Assembly: GCA_021805205.1 (NCBI GenBank)
Contig: JAJZFV010000055.1
Coordinates: forward strand, 17,287 to 81,286
Source of the DNA: Actinomycetes bacterium
GTDB lineage: Bacteria; Actinomycetota; Acidimicrobiia; Acidimicrobiales; Acidimicrobiaceae
DNA: 64,000 nt
Direction of reading: 5' to 3'
The position numbers were made by a program, and so were the translations under genes. The notes beneath the pieces were generated by a model. That model worked only from the letters and a program-made list of their open reading frames with translations. It had not been told where the DNA came from and did no database searches. Positions 28,810 to 38,837 of the stretch are shown one piece after another; positions within the stretch are counted from its first letter, which is position 1, and each line of letters opens with the position of its first letter.

Positions 28810-29550
28810 CTACCTCTTTGCCTTACGAGCTCGCCTGATAAATACCAATACCAGGAAGAAGAGTGTTCCAGCTACCGCAGGGACAAGTCGCTTGATTATG
28901 GGTGAACCTACAGCGCCGAGTAGATCGACTGGCTCTTGCTCCTTGTGCTCAAAGACCTTCTTGACTGGCTCACTCTTCGGTGCGGATTCGCTACTAGCGC
29001 CCTCGGTCGATGGGGCGGCTCCATTCGCTTGGACGTCGCCTCCTTCATTGGAGTTACCTCCCTTGGTAGCTTCAGAGTCGTCAGACGAACTTTTATCCTC
29101 TACCCCATCATTTGCAATCAATTCTTCAAGGGAGACAACAAATTGAGTGAGCAGCTTATTTGAGACGTCCGCTAGAACGCCGCGTCCAAATGAGGCAACT
29201 TTACCGGTGATCGCAAGGTTTGTATTAACCGTTACATCTGTCTTTACGTCATCACCGGTTAGAACCGCTGTCACCGTAGCTGATGCATTTCCCGCACCCT
29301 TGGTGTCACGCCCTTCAGCCCTAAGGACTGCGGTATGGGTTTCGCTATTTAGCTCTATAAACGACGCTTTCCCCTTGTAGGAAGCGGTAATCGGGCCAAC
29401 TTTTACCTTGACCGACCCACGAAATTCATCGCCCTCAATCTCCTCAAGCTGGGCTCCAGGTAAACACGGAGCTATCTTCTCCACGTCAGTCAGGAGAGCC
29501 CACGCACGATCTATCGGCACATTAACGCTAAAACTATTTACAAGTTCCAT
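28810..29550 (-). CDS. coxG: CoxG/SRPBCC protein with C-terminal membrane anchor
   Basis: AW.LL.DVEKIAPCLPGA, KVKVGPI, GKVASFGRG, C-terminal TM helix plus basic tail. Confidence 0.88.
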   Translation of the reverse strand: MELVNSFSVNVPIDRAWALLTDVEKIAPCLPGAQLEEIEGDEFRGSVKVKVGPITASYKGKASFIELNSETHTAVLRAEGRDTKGAGNASATVTAVLTGDDVKTDVTVNTNLAITGKVASFGRGVLADVSNKLLTQFVVSLEELIANDGVEDKSSSDDSEATKGGNSNEGGDVQANGAAPSTEGASSESAPKSEPVKKVFEHKEQEPVDLLGAVGSPIIKRLVPAVAGTLFFLVLVFIRRARKAKR

Positions 29551-30104
29551 TTCGACAACTCCTCAACTGTATCGATATCAATCGGTTCACCTTCGCAGGG
29601 CAACTCAAGTACAAGCTCAGGATACTTCTCCATGAGAGGGCGTGCACCTTGTTCGCCCGTTGAAGGCAATAGTGCGAAGATCTCCCGTGCAATTCTCACT
29701 GGATTTCTCCGCTTACCTCCGTAAGTCGCTACTACCAATCTAGCCTCGGTGGGAGCAGCTGCTAAATTTGTCCAACTCTCAGTGACTACTAATGGCTGAT
29801 CACCGAGGCCAACGACGATATGATCGCATTCGATCTCTTTGGCCCACTCGATCGCTACTGCCAGAGATGAGGCCATTCCTGCCGTGGGATCATCATTAGA
29901 CAACAGGGTCTCGCCCTCTTTTATAGCCCAACTCAGATCAATAGCACCTTGGACTATGGCGAGATCTTCTATTGAGGAGTCTCGAGCCGCTCTGAGGGCA
30001 TGTCCAAGTACGGTATCACCCCGAAATGGAGCCAGCAACTTATGGGTCTCGCCTAAGTAGCGAGAACCGTAACCTCCTGCCAATATCGCTCCAGCAACCT
30101 TCAT
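29538..30104 (-). CDS. mocA: Molybdenum cofactor cytidylyltransferase (MocA-like)
   Basis: ILAGGYGSR, HKLL, GMASSL, LGDQP, NPV, G..GAR, DIDT; cox operon context. Confidence 0.8.
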   Translation of the reverse strand: MKVAGAILAGGYGSRYLGETHKLLAPFRGDTVLGHALRAARDSSIEDLAIVQGAIDLSWAIKEGETLLSNDDPTAGMASSLAVAIEWAKEIECDHIVVGLGDQPLVVTESWTNLAAAPTEARLVVATYGGKRRNPVRIAREIFALLPSTGEQGARPLMEKYPELVLELPCEGEPIDIDTVEELSKWNL

Positions 30105-30138
30105 CTAAAGGTCTCTCCATCTAGCAAGGTAAGTGCCC

Positions 30139-31371
30139 TTATCTATTATGTATCGGACCATCGCCTCGTGAGAGGGAACTCGCGAAACGTCTCGAGCGAT
30201 TAGCAATTACTTCGCCCAAAATCGATACAGCAGTCTCCTCTGGCGTCCTAGCCCCGATATCCAAACCAATAGGACCGTAGACTCGACTCTCGAGTTCAGT
30301 AAGGCCTACGCCGGCGTCGCAGAGGCGCTTGGTTCGTTCGTCGTGCGTCCGACGCGACCCCATCGCTCCGATATAACCGACTTGGGTCTTTAGAGCAGCC
30401 GTTATTGCTGGTACATCAAACTTCGGATCATGGGTCAATACACAGATCGCATCCCGACCGCTCAAGGTCGAAGCGACACTAGCGATAAATCGATCTGGCC
30501 AATCAACTACCACTTCGTCGGCCATTGGGAACCTTGCCTTTGTGGCAAATAAGGGGCGAGCATCGCATACCGAAACCCTAAAACCAAGCATCTTCGCCAA
30601 TCGGGCTAGTGATGCTGTAAAGTCCACCGCACCGAAGATGATCATCCGAGGGGGAGGAGCAAAGGTCTCAAACAGCACCTCTACCTCAGAGAGTTTGGCT
30701 TGGCCATTTCTTCCATAGTGTCGAACCGTGGTAGCTCCAGCATCGAGCAGAGCCGAAGCATCGCGAATCAGAACCTCCGTCAAGTTGCCCTCGAGGTTTG
30801 AAAATAAGACTTCGCCATCGGCGACGACGACAGTAGCTCCAACTGGAGGCAACGCCCCGCTTACTTCGTATGCATTTATGCCCTCGCTACTTATCTCTCC
30901 CCTTTGAATCAGCTCCGCTTCGGCGTCGTTCGTTGAGACCACCGTTACCCTAACGAAGTTTCTCTCTTGTCTTAGGAGATTTGCGATCAAGGGATAGGGT
31001 TCGACGACCTCTGGCTCGATGAGTATCTTAAGAGTTCCTCCGCAGGTAAGGCCAACTGCAAATGCCTCATCGTCGGAGTAGCCAAAGACCGAGACGGTAG
31101 GACAGGCTTCTCCAGCACTTGCGCTGATCTCCATGGGCGTACCATTCTCGGTAACTACGTTCTCTATACCCATCAGGGCCAACGCCTCGGAGACGACCGC
31201 TCCCTCGACGCAACCTCCTGAGACCGATCCAGATACCTCCCCGAGTTCAGAGATCACCATGGTGGCACCTGGCTCCCTGGGAGAAGATCCCTCGGTGCCA
31301 ACTACACGAGCGATTGCCACCCTTTTGCCCCTTGCGATCCATCTCTCTAAATCAGTAAGTACGTCTAGCAC
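30139..31371 (-). CDS. XdhC/CoxI/CoxF molybdoenzyme maturation protein
   Basis: GSSPREPGA, GSVSGGCVE, GLTCGG, LTHDPKFD, YIGAMGSRRT, PIGLDIGARTPEETA. Confidence 0.92.
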   Translation of the reverse strand: MLDVLTDLERWIARGKRVAIARVVGTEGSSPREPGATMVISELGEVSGSVSGGCVEGAVVSEALALMGIENVVTENGTPMEISASAGEACPTVSVFGYSDDEAFAVGLTCGGTLKILIEPEVVEPYPLIANLLRQERNFVRVTVVSTNDAEAELIQRGEISSEGINAYEVSGALPPVGATVVVADGEVLFSNLEGNLTEVLIRDASALLDAGATTVRHYGRNGQAKLSEVEVLFETFAPPPRMIIFGAVDFTASLARLAKMLGFRVSVCDARPLFATKARFPMADEVVVDWPDRFIASVASTLSGRDAICVLTHDPKFDVPAITAALKTQVGYIGAMGSRRTHDERTKRLCDAGVGLTELESRVYGPIGLDIGARTPEETAVSILGEVIANRSRRFASSLSRGDGPIHNR

Positions 31372-31397
31372 CAAAACCACCTCGCGAATCAAACGCG

Positions 31398-32501
31398 CTA
31401 CTTATTTATGCACTCCACCAACTTCAAAAGAGCACTGAGCGAGTGACCCTCTACGAAGTCGTTGACGTGGGGAAGGCAAGTTGCCATCCCTCGCGCCAAA
31501 GGGGCGTATCCATCTTGAACCTTTAGTGGGTTAACCCATATCACTCGATTGGCGGCTCGAGCCAGCCTGGTCATCTCAATCTCTAGCTTGGATGGTTCGC
31601 CACGGTCCCATCCGTCTGAAAGGATAACCACCGTTGCACCTCTGGCCATACCAGCGATCCCATAGTTTTGATTGAAGTCCTCCAGAACGTCACCTAAGCG
31701 AGTGCCACCAGAGAAGTCTACTACCCTGCCTGAGACGTCTGAAATTGCCCTATCGGGATCCCTCCACGATAGTTCTTTAGTAATTCTGGTCATTCGAGTG
31801 GCAAAGGTAAAGACCTCGATACGACCTCTAGCTACGATACTGGCGTGCAAAAAGCGCAGTAACGCCCTGGAGTAGCTATCCATCGAACCCGAAATGTCCA
31901 ACAGGAATATTAACCTTCGATACTTTTCACTCTTAGAGCGATAGATGCGCTTAATGGTCTCTCCATCGGTCTTAATGGCTTCGCGAAGCGATGCCCTTGA
32001 ATCGAGGGTTCCCCCTCTTTTACTCACCTTTAACCGCCGTGACTTCACAAGTGAACCACTTATACGCATTTGAGCCATGAGTATATAGATCTCATTTAAC
32101 TCGGCTTTGGTTAACTTGGCAAAGTCCTTCTCGGTGAGGACCTCTCGAGCGGAGAATCTGAGGGTCTGCCCCTCCTCTTGGTCCTCGTCATCGCCATCGC
32201 CAGATGATTCGTCGTCACCCAAGTCAAAGAATAGCGTCTCACTTTCGTAGACTTCGTCGCCCCCTTCGAAGCTCTCCTCACCTCGATCGAAGTACGCCGA
32301 AAATGCCGCCGAAAATGCTGGATAGTCTTCGGCCCGCTTTACCAACGTGGTTCTGGCCAAATTGAAGACCTTGCCACGACTGTCCGATCCGACCAAGGCT
32401 AGAGCTTCAATAAATGAGGAGCAGGAGGAGGGGTCAACCGCAATTCCAAAGCGTCGAAGGTGTTCGGCAAAGCCAGCCACTATCTCATAGGTATCTGCCA
32501 T
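31398..32501 (-). CDS. coxE: CoxE VWA-domain protein
   Basis: LLDISGSM MIDAS, FTFATR, GGTRLG, ILSDGWDRG, WVNPL. Confidence 0.9.
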   Translation of the reverse strand: MADTYEIVAGFAEHLRRFGIAVDPSSCSSFIEALALVGSDSRGKVFNLARTTLVKRAEDYPAFSAAFSAYFDRGEESFEGGDEVYESETLFFDLGDDESSGDGDDEDQEEGQTLRFSAREVLTEKDFAKLTKAELNEIYILMAQMRISGSLVKSRRLKVSKRGGTLDSRASLREAIKTDGETIKRIYRSKSEKYRRLIFLLDISGSMDSYSRALLRFLHASIVARGRIEVFTFATRMTRITKELSWRDPDRAISDVSGRVVDFSGGTRLGDVLEDFNQNYGIAGMARGATVVILSDGWDRGEPSKLEIEMTRLARAANRVIWVNPLKVQDGYAPLARGMATCLPHVNDFVEGHSLSALLKLVECINK

Positions 32502-32549
32502 CTTCAAAGACCACCAAAACGAAATTTAGAGCAAGTCATGACAAGATTG

Positions 32550-33539
32550 TTAGTGGCTCTTGGCAACTGCAGCACGTACCAGCGAGGAGATATCTGCTTC
32601 TCTTACCTTCATCTGATCTTCGCGATACTTAATCACGGCAGATAGCGATGCTTCGAAGAGGGAGGAGGTTACTTCAGTGGCGCCAAGCGTTACCAACGAC
32701 CGCAGCCAGTCGATCGATTCAGCAATTCCAGGTGGTTTGAATAGCCCCATAGCCCTTAGGGCTCCGGTGAGTGCGGCTACCTGCTTCGCCATTAGGTCGC
32801 CAACTCCCGGAACCTTAGTTCTCAAGATCTCAACCTCAACCTCATATCCCGGGTGCTCCACCCAATGATAGAGACAGCGCCTCTTTAGGGCGTCGTGCAG
32901 GTCCCTGGTACGATTGGATGTCACAACAACGATCGGTGGAACCTCTGCGTGAATAGTACCAAGTTCTGGAATGGTTACTGAAAAGTCGGAGAGGGCCTCG
33001 AGGAGAAATGCCTCAAATTCATCGTCAGCCCTATCCAGCTCATCGATTAGGAGCACTGGTGGCAGCGTAACACCATCGACCTGGGGCAATATATCGCCGG
33101 CGCCACTCGGGTCGAGCGCTCGCAGCAGTGGCCTTCTTATGAGATACTTCTCGTCATAGAGATCATCTTCAATCGCTTCGTTACTTCCCGATGTCGCTTC
33201 GATGCTCCGCAGATGTATCAACTGCCGGGCATAGTTCCACTCGTAGAGCGACTGGGCAACGTCAATTCCTTCGTAGCACTGAAGACGGATCAGTGGGGAA
33301 CCCATCAAACGAGCGAGGCACTTGGCGACTTCGGTCTTGCCAACTCCAGGCTCCCCTTCAAGGAGGAGGGGACGCCTAAGGGCCAAAGCAAGATACAGAG
33401 AAGTCGACAGTGCCTCGTCTGCTAAGTAGTCGAGAGAGCGTAGCTCAACCGCCAATTCCTGGGGAGAAGCTACGCCAATCGCATCTACGATCGATGGTAA
33501 CGAAGAGACGTCAATATCTTGTCGCGTCTCTTGTTGCAT
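32550..33539 (-). CDS. coxD: CoxD MoxR-family AAA+ ATPase
   Basis: LEGEPGVGKT, RLQCYEG, LYEWNY, LLIDELD, TSNRTR.LHDALKRRC. Confidence 0.92.
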   Translation of the reverse strand: MQQETRQDIDVSSLPSIVDAIGVASPQELAVELRSLDYLADEALSTSLYLALALRRPLLLEGEPGVGKTEVAKCLARLMGSPLIRLQCYEGIDVAQSLYEWNYARQLIHLRSIEATSGSNEAIEDDLYDEKYLIRRPLLRALDPSGAGDILPQVDGVTLPPVLLIDELDRADDEFEAFLLEALSDFSVTIPELGTIHAEVPPIVVVTSNRTRDLHDALKRRCLYHWVEHPGYEVEVEILRTKVPGVGDLMAKQVAALTGALRAMGLFKPPGIAESIDWLRSLVTLGATEVTSSLFEASLSAVIKYREDQMKVREADISSLVRAAVAKSH

Positions 33540-33556
33540 CAATTAATCATCCTCTT

Positions 33557-34375
33557 CTAATTCGAATTTGCCTCAGCAAGGGCTCGACGTACTAGCACTG
33601 ATGCAAGGTGACGACGATAGTCAGCAGAGGCATTTAAATCCGATGGCGGATCTATACCTTCAGAGGCTAGCGCAGCAGCCTCATCGATCGATGCACCACC
33701 GGAGAGAGCGTTTTCTACCGCCTCTGCCCTGATCGGCATGGACGCCATGTTAACCAACGAAATCTTGGTAGATCCATTCCTTACAGCAGCCACACCAACG
33801 ATAGCCCAGTCTTGAGCTCGTCGATTGAACTTCTGATAGGACCAACCTCCGGTCGCCTTCGGAACCTTTATCTCAGTCAGGATCTCTCCTTGGTTGAGAT
33901 CTGTCTCCAGGAAGCCCTTGAAGAAGTTCTTAGCTTCTACCTCACGCACGCCGTTGCCAGAAGTTATAACCAAGGTTGCATCGAGAGCGAGGATGGCGGC
34001 GGGAAGATCCGATGCACCGTCTCCGTGGGAGACCGATCCACCTAGAGTTCCCCTGTGGCGAACTGATGGATCACCAACAAGTGACGCCACGTGAGAGAGC
34101 ATTGGCACCGAAGCCTTGATCACTTGGGAGTTCTCAATTGCGTGGTGGCGCGTAAGAGCACCGATGGCGACGTGGTCTCCCCGATCCTCGATGTAAGAGA
34201 GGTCGCTAATGCGCCCTATATCTACGAGCTTGGAGGGGTTCGCCAGCCTCAACTTCATCAGAGGAAGTAGCGAGTGTCCGCCGGCGATGAGCTTGGCATC
34301 TTCCTCGTTGTTGAGGATAGATATCGCCTCGGAGACGCTACTTGCACGTACATAATCAAACGATGATGGAAACAT
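33557..34375 (-). CDS. coxM: Molybdenum hydroxylase FAD subunit (CoxM/CutM-like)
   Basis: AGGHSLLPLMKLRLA, IGALT, VRHRGTLGGS, ASADYR. Confidence 0.92.
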   Translation of the reverse strand: MFPSSFDYVRASSVSEAISILNNEEDAKLIAGGHSLLPLMKLRLANPSKLVDIGRISDLSYIEDRGDHVAIGALTRHHAIENSQVIKASVPMLSHVASLVGDPSVRHRGTLGGSVSHGDGASDLPAAILALDATLVITSGNGVREVEAKNFFKGFLETDLNQGEILTEIKVPKATGGWSYQKFNRRAQDWAIVGVAAVRNGSTKISLVNMASMPIRAEAVENALSGGASIDEAAALASEGIDPPSDLNASADYRRHLASVLVRRALAEANSN

Positions 34376-34421
34376 CTATAAAAGATCCTTATCTCAAATC
34401 CTTGACAAACAAGTCGTCAAA

Positions 34422-36800
34422 TTAACCTTTTTTGGCGCCATTGATAGCTCGCCATACCCTTTGGGGCGAGGCAGGCATCTCTACATCCTCGATACCAAGG
34501 TGGTTCAATGCATCGACGACCGCGTTGATGATCGCAGGAGGCGAAGCTATAGCTCCAGCCTCACCAATGCCCTTTACTCCAAGTGGATTGGTTGGACTTG
34601 GTGTAATGGTGTGATCTAGCTCAAAGAATGGAAATTCAGCAGCCGATGGCACCAGGTAGTCAGCCAAAGTCGAGGTTATAAGGTTGCCACGATCGTCATA
34701 AGCCGCCTCTTCAAAGAGGGCTTGGGCGATACCTTGAGCCAATCCGCCGTGAACCTGGCCTTCAATGATCAATGGGTTAACTCGATTTCCACAATCATCT
34801 ACCGCTAGGTAGCGAAGTAGGTCAACCTTTCCGGTCTCGGTGTCGATCTCGACCACAGCGAAGTGTGAGCCGTACGGGAAGGTGAAGTTCGGTGGATCCC
34901 AGGTAACTGAGGCCTCAAGATTTGGCTCCATGCCATCTGGAAGATTATGGGCAGTAAATGCTTCGAAGGCAGCGCCTGCAAGTGGAAACGCCTTATCTGG
35001 TGAACCCTTTACCGTGAACATACCGCTGGCATAATCAAGATCAGCCTCAGAGACTTCAAGTTGGTGCGCAGCAATAGAACGAGCCTTCTCGAGCACCTTT
35101 TCAGTTGCCATATGAACAGCAGAGCCACCTACAGAGAGCGAACGAGACCCGTAGGTATCTAACCCATGCGGTGCAATCGCGGTATCGGAGTGGAGAACCT
35201 CAATATCATTGATGTCGATACCAAGGCGATCTGCAACGATCATTGCCCAAGCAGTCTCGTGACCTTGTCCGTGAGGGGCAGAGCCCGTAACAACCTGAAC
35301 CTTAGAGGTTGGAAGGATTCTTACTGTGGCAGCTTCCCAACCGCCAGCACCGTAGTTCAGCGAAGCCAGGACTCGGCTAGGAGCTAGACCGCACATTTCG
35401 ACGAAGAATGACATTCCAAGGCCAAGTAGCTTGGTCGAACCGGAGTCAATTCGACGCTGCTTTTCGGCAAGGATCTCTTCGATTCCCAGAAGTCCAACTG
35501 CCTTATCGAGGTTGGTCTCGTAGTCACCCGAGTCGAACACCAGACCAGCAGCAGATGAGTAGGGGAACTGCTCCTTCTTGATAAAGTTACGTCGGCGTAT
35601 CTCGATTGGCGAGATACCCATCTTGTGGGCCAAGGCATCCATGGCTCGTTCAATGGCGAAGGTAGCTTCAGGACGACCTGCACCACGATATGCATCGGTG
35701 GGTGTCTTGTTCGTGAAGTATCCAGTACAAGAGAAGGAGTAGTTGGGGACGTCGTAGACCCCATGGTAGAGGAAGGCTCCAAGTAGTGGAATTCCAGGGG
35801 TAATCAGCTGCAGGTAGGCACCCATATCGGCGAGGATGTTGACACGTACCGCAGTGACCTTACCACTGGCGTCGGCGGCAAGTTCAATATATTGGACCTG
35901 TCCACGGCCGTGGATTGTGGCTAGTGCATTTTCCGTACGCTCTTCAGTCCAGCGGATCGGCTTGCGCAACTTACGTGCGAGGGCGAGGGTTAGCACATCC
36001 TCTGCGTAGACGTCTAGCTTTGAGCCAAAGCCACCACCAACGCTAGGGGCAATTACCCGAATCTTAGATTCACTAATTCCCACAGTCAATGCAAGCATGA
36101 TCTTTAAGATGTGTGGGATCTGGGTTGTGTTGTAGATAGTGAAGTCTCCACCAAATGGCGCAGGAACGACCACTATTGAACGTGGCTCCATAGCAGCTGG
36201 AACAATCCTTTGCTGAATGTAGCGCTCGCTTACTGTAAATGCAGCTTTTGCAAATGCTTCATCGACACCATCTTTGTTGGGGATGAGGTCCCACTTAAAG
36301 CTGGCATTGGTGCCAAGGTCCTGATGGATAACCCTTTCATCCTTGGCAGAATCTTCGATCTCGAGAACTGGATCGATCTCGTCGTACTCGACACTTATCA
36401 ACTCCAGAGCATCGATCGCCTGCTCTTTGGAGTTAGCAAGAACGACAGCGATACCATCTCCGACGTAGTTAACCTTGCCGTTGGCCAATGGGAAGTGGTT
36501 CGGATTCTTCATGTCAGGGGTAACTGGCCATGCGCAAGGCATTGGACCAGCCCAATCGTCCTTGAGGTCATCGTAGGTGTAGACCGCTACGACACCAGGT
36601 GCCTCTTTGGCAGCTTCGGTGTCAATCGAAACGATCTTGGCATGGGCGACGTTTGACCTCAGCAGAGCCATATAAAGGGCGCCGGGAATGACAAGATCGT
36701 CTGTGAACTTAGCCTCACCGGAGAGGAGCTTCGGATCCTCTTTGCGCAGCGTACGGGTTCCGAGAATACCGTGAGAGGTCTGCGAATCTGTTACTGTCAT
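34422..36800 (-). CDS. coxL: Molybdenum hydroxylase large subunit, form II CoxL-like
   Basis: RKEDP, GGGFG, active-site loop AYRGAGR (form II), GQGH, GQVHGG, KGIGEAG. Start set to ATG 36800, 5 nt after the coxS stop. Confidence 0.92.
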   Translation of the reverse strand: MTVTDSQTSHGILGTRTLRKEDPKLLSGEAKFTDDLVIPGALYMALLRSNVAHAKIVSIDTEAAKEAPGVVAVYTYDDLKDDWAGPMPCAWPVTPDMKNPNHFPLANGKVNYVGDGIAVVLANSKEQAIDALELISVEYDEIDPVLEIEDSAKDERVIHQDLGTNASFKWDLIPNKDGVDEAFAKAAFTVSERYIQQRIVPAAMEPRSIVVVPAPFGGDFTIYNTTQIPHILKIMLALTVGISESKIRVIAPSVGGGFGSKLDVYAEDVLTLALARKLRKPIRWTEERTENALATIHGRGQVQYIELAADASGKVTAVRVNILADMGAYLQLITPGIPLLGAFLYHGVYDVPNYSFSCTGYFTNKTPTDAYRGAGRPEATFAIERAMDALAHKMGISPIEIRRRNFIKKEQFPYSSAAGLVFDSGDYETNLDKAVGLLGIEEILAEKQRRIDSGSTKLLGLGMSFFVEMCGLAPSRVLASLNYGAGGWEAATVRILPTSKVQVVTGSAPHGQGHETAWAMIVADRLGIDINDIEVLHSDTAIAPHGLDTYGSRSLSVGGSAVHMATEKVLEKARSIAAHQLEVSEADLDYASGMFTVKGSPDKAFPLAGAAFEAFTAHNLPDGMEPNLEASVTWDPPNFTFPYGSHFAVVEIDTETGKVDLLRYLAVDDCGNRVNPLIIEGQVHGGLAQGIAQALFEEAAYDDRGNLITSTLADYLVPSAAEFPFFELDHTITPSPTNPLGVKGIGEAGAIASPPAIINAVVDALNHLGIEDVEMPASPQRVWRAINGAKKG

Positions 36801-36805
36801 TGCCC

Positions 36806-37276
36806 TTATACCTCCGCCATACCATCTGCTGCGGCGAGTACTGCCTTTACGATATTGTGATATCCAGTGCAGCGGCATAGATTGCCTTCGAGGCCATGGC
36901 GAACCTCTTGCTCAGTTGGGTGTGGATTCTCCGCTAGCAGAGATGTCGCTGCCATCACCATTCCTGGGGTGCAATAGCCGCATTGGAGGCCATGATTCTC
37001 TTGGAAGGCCTTTTGCATCGGGTGCATCTCCCCGTCCGCCTTCGCCATTCCCTCGATAGTTGTAATATCTTGCCCGTCCGCCTGGACAGCTAGCATGGTG
37101 CAACTCTTTACTGATTCGCCATTTACGTGAAGGGTGCATGCGCCACATGATGACGTATCGCATCCAATATTCGTACCAGTAAGTCCGAGTTGATCTCGGA
37201 CAAAGTGCACCAAGAGAGTACGGGGCTCAACGTCTTTGGAAACCTTGGCTCCGTTGACGGTCATGGTAACTTCCAT
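36806..37276 (-). CDS. coxS: [2Fe-2S] small subunit (CoxS/CutS-like)
   Basis: [29 protein letters not shown]. Confidence 0.95.
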   Translation of the reverse strand: MEVTMTVNGAKVSKDVEPRTLLVHFVRDQLGLTGTNIGCDTSSCGACTLHVNGESVKSCTMLAVQADGQDITTIEGMAKADGEMHPMQKAFQENHGLQCGYCTPGMVMAATSLLAENPHPTEQEVRHGLEGNLCRCTGYHNIVKAVLAAADGMAEV

Positions 37277-37324
37277 GGCTATCCTTCCAATTTTGTAATG
37301 TCAACGTGACAAAAGCTATCACTA

Positions 37325-37340
37325 CGTGACTCCTTTCACA
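37325..37340. promoter_or_regulatory. CRP/FNR-type box upstream of coxS
   Basis: CGTGA-ctcctt-TCACA, nested in the inverted repeat CCAATTTTGTAA (37287-37298) / TTACAAAATTGG (37349-37360). Confidence 0.5.
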
Positions 37341-37486
37341 ATTCATTGTTACAAAATTGGTAATTTTCACTCAGTTTTTAGATCTGTGAGCGGTCTTTGG
37401 GCAAATTCATTTTGGCCACTATTGGATCAATTTTCAATTAGCATCGATAGCTATCAACCGAGCAATAGACGACCTCGAAGGCTTCA

Positions 37487-38086
37487 ATGTCCATGATTAT
37501 CAAGGGTAGGCGTGTCCTGCTTAGACCTCTTCGCGAAACAGACTTCGACGCTTGGAACGAAGTACGAGAAAGATGCGGAGATTGGTTAACCAGGTGGGAA
37601 CCTCTACCACCAGCTGGATGGGGCGACCCCAACGGCAGACGCCTTTTTGTATCTCGATGCATGGCGCGCGAATCCGAAGCTCGAACCGGTGCCTCTCACT
37701 CCTTTGGAATCTTCGTAGAAGGAAGGTTCATCGGTGAGGCCAACCTCTCGGGAATAGCTCGCGGGGCGCTCCAAAGTGGCAACATCGGCTATTGGATAGA
37801 TATGAAGGAGGCGGGTCATGGATACGTCCCTGAGGCTGTCGCTACCATCTTCCGCTTTGCCTTCGAAGATTTAGGGTTACATCGAATTCAAATCTCAATC
37901 GTTCCCAGAAACCAACCATCTCACCGAGTAGTCGAGAAGCTGCAGCTACGAAATGAAGGGCGCGCTCAACGATATATCGAAATAGCTGGAGTATGGGAGG
38001 ACCACGACCTATTCGCAATCACGGTTGAGGAGTGGATCGCACGAAGGCGCTTCTTCATGGAAAACTTTATCCTCCCCCGCATCTAG
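37487..38086 (+). CDS. RimJ/RimL-type GNAT acetyltransferase
   Basis: LTRWEP, RGALQSGNIGYWID, LGLHRI, PRN..S.RV.EK, WEDH. Confidence 0.88.
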   Translation: MSMIIKGRRVLLRPLRETDFDAWNEVRERCGDWLTRWEPLPPAGWGDPNGRRLFVSRCMARESEARTGASHSFGIFVEGRFIGEANLSGIARGALQSGNIGYWIDMKEAGHGYVPEAVATIFRFAFEDLGLHRIQISIVPRNQPSHRVVEKLQLRNEGRAQRYIEIAGVWEDHDLFAITVEEWIARRRFFMENFILPRI

Positions 38087-38186
38087 CTCAAAGATCCCTT
38101 ATCAGCGAAGCAGAGCGTGACCAAAGAGACTTAAATTCTCATAAGCCTTTGGGCATTCTTTAGGTTTCAGTGGTAAAGTCAGCTAT

Positions 38187-38669
38187 ATGGGAGACGAACT
38201 TTTTCTTAGAGCTAGCGACAACGACAGAAACAAGGTCACGACTTTCCTCTCCGACGCAATGACTCACGGATTCATAACGACCGAAGAGATGAGCAGCCGC
38301 CTCGAACAAGCTGTTTCAGCTAAAACGTTTTCAGATTTAATGCCATTGGTGCGCGACATTCCTGGCGGAGTCGAACTCGTTAGAGCATCGGCTAGAAGTT
38401 ACATTCGAAATCAGTACTCGGGTAACTCTTCATTTGTGCCAACCCAGACCAACTCTGTAAATCAGCGTAGAAATTACCCTAGACATCGCCCAAGTAGAAG
38501 TGTACTTATCTGGGTTGCAGCTGTACTTTTCTTCCTACCTGCACTCCAAGCCGGTGCGTTCGGTGCGTTCTTTCTTATCAGAACTGTTGCAATGTTAGCC
38601 ATCACCGCCGGAATACCGTTCCTTGCAATCCGCTTCATCGTGCGCCGAGGGCGACGTAGGTTCTTTTAG
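38187..38669 (+). CDS. DUF1707 (SHOCT-like) membrane protein
   Basis: LRASDNDR...L..A...G.I..EE...RL..A..AKT..DL..L..D, then two TM helices. TAAAGT lies 7 nt before the ATG. Confidence 0.85.
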   Translation: MGDELFLRASDNDRNKVTTFLSDAMTHGFITTEEMSSRLEQAVSAKTFSDLMPLVRDIPGGVELVRASARSYIRNQYSGNSSFVPTQTNSVNQRRNYPRHRPSRSVLIWVAAVLFFLPALQAGAFGAFFLIRTVAMLAITAGIPFLAIRFIVRRGRRRFF

Positions 38670-38733
38670 CCTCCGCCTTTTGCTTTAGAAAAGCGCCACA
38701 ACTACATCAAGGCACTAAAAATCCACCCACTTA

Positions 38734-38775
38734 CAAACACCAAGGCCGCCCTTGCAGGGGCGGCCTTGGTGTTTG
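38734..38775. terminator. Bidirectional terminator
   Basis: CAAACACCAAGGCCGCCC...GGGCGGCCTTGGTGTTTG between convergent genes. Confidence 0.8.
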
Positions 38776-38837
38776 GATCTAAGGCAAATTAGATCTGGGG
38801 CATAAACTTCCCCAGGACGTCATTCGAATAAGTTAGT

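Noticed and set aside
34422-36800. True aerobic CO dehydrogenase (form I)
   Set aside because: AYRGAGR rather than AYRCSFR, and S-L-M gene order.
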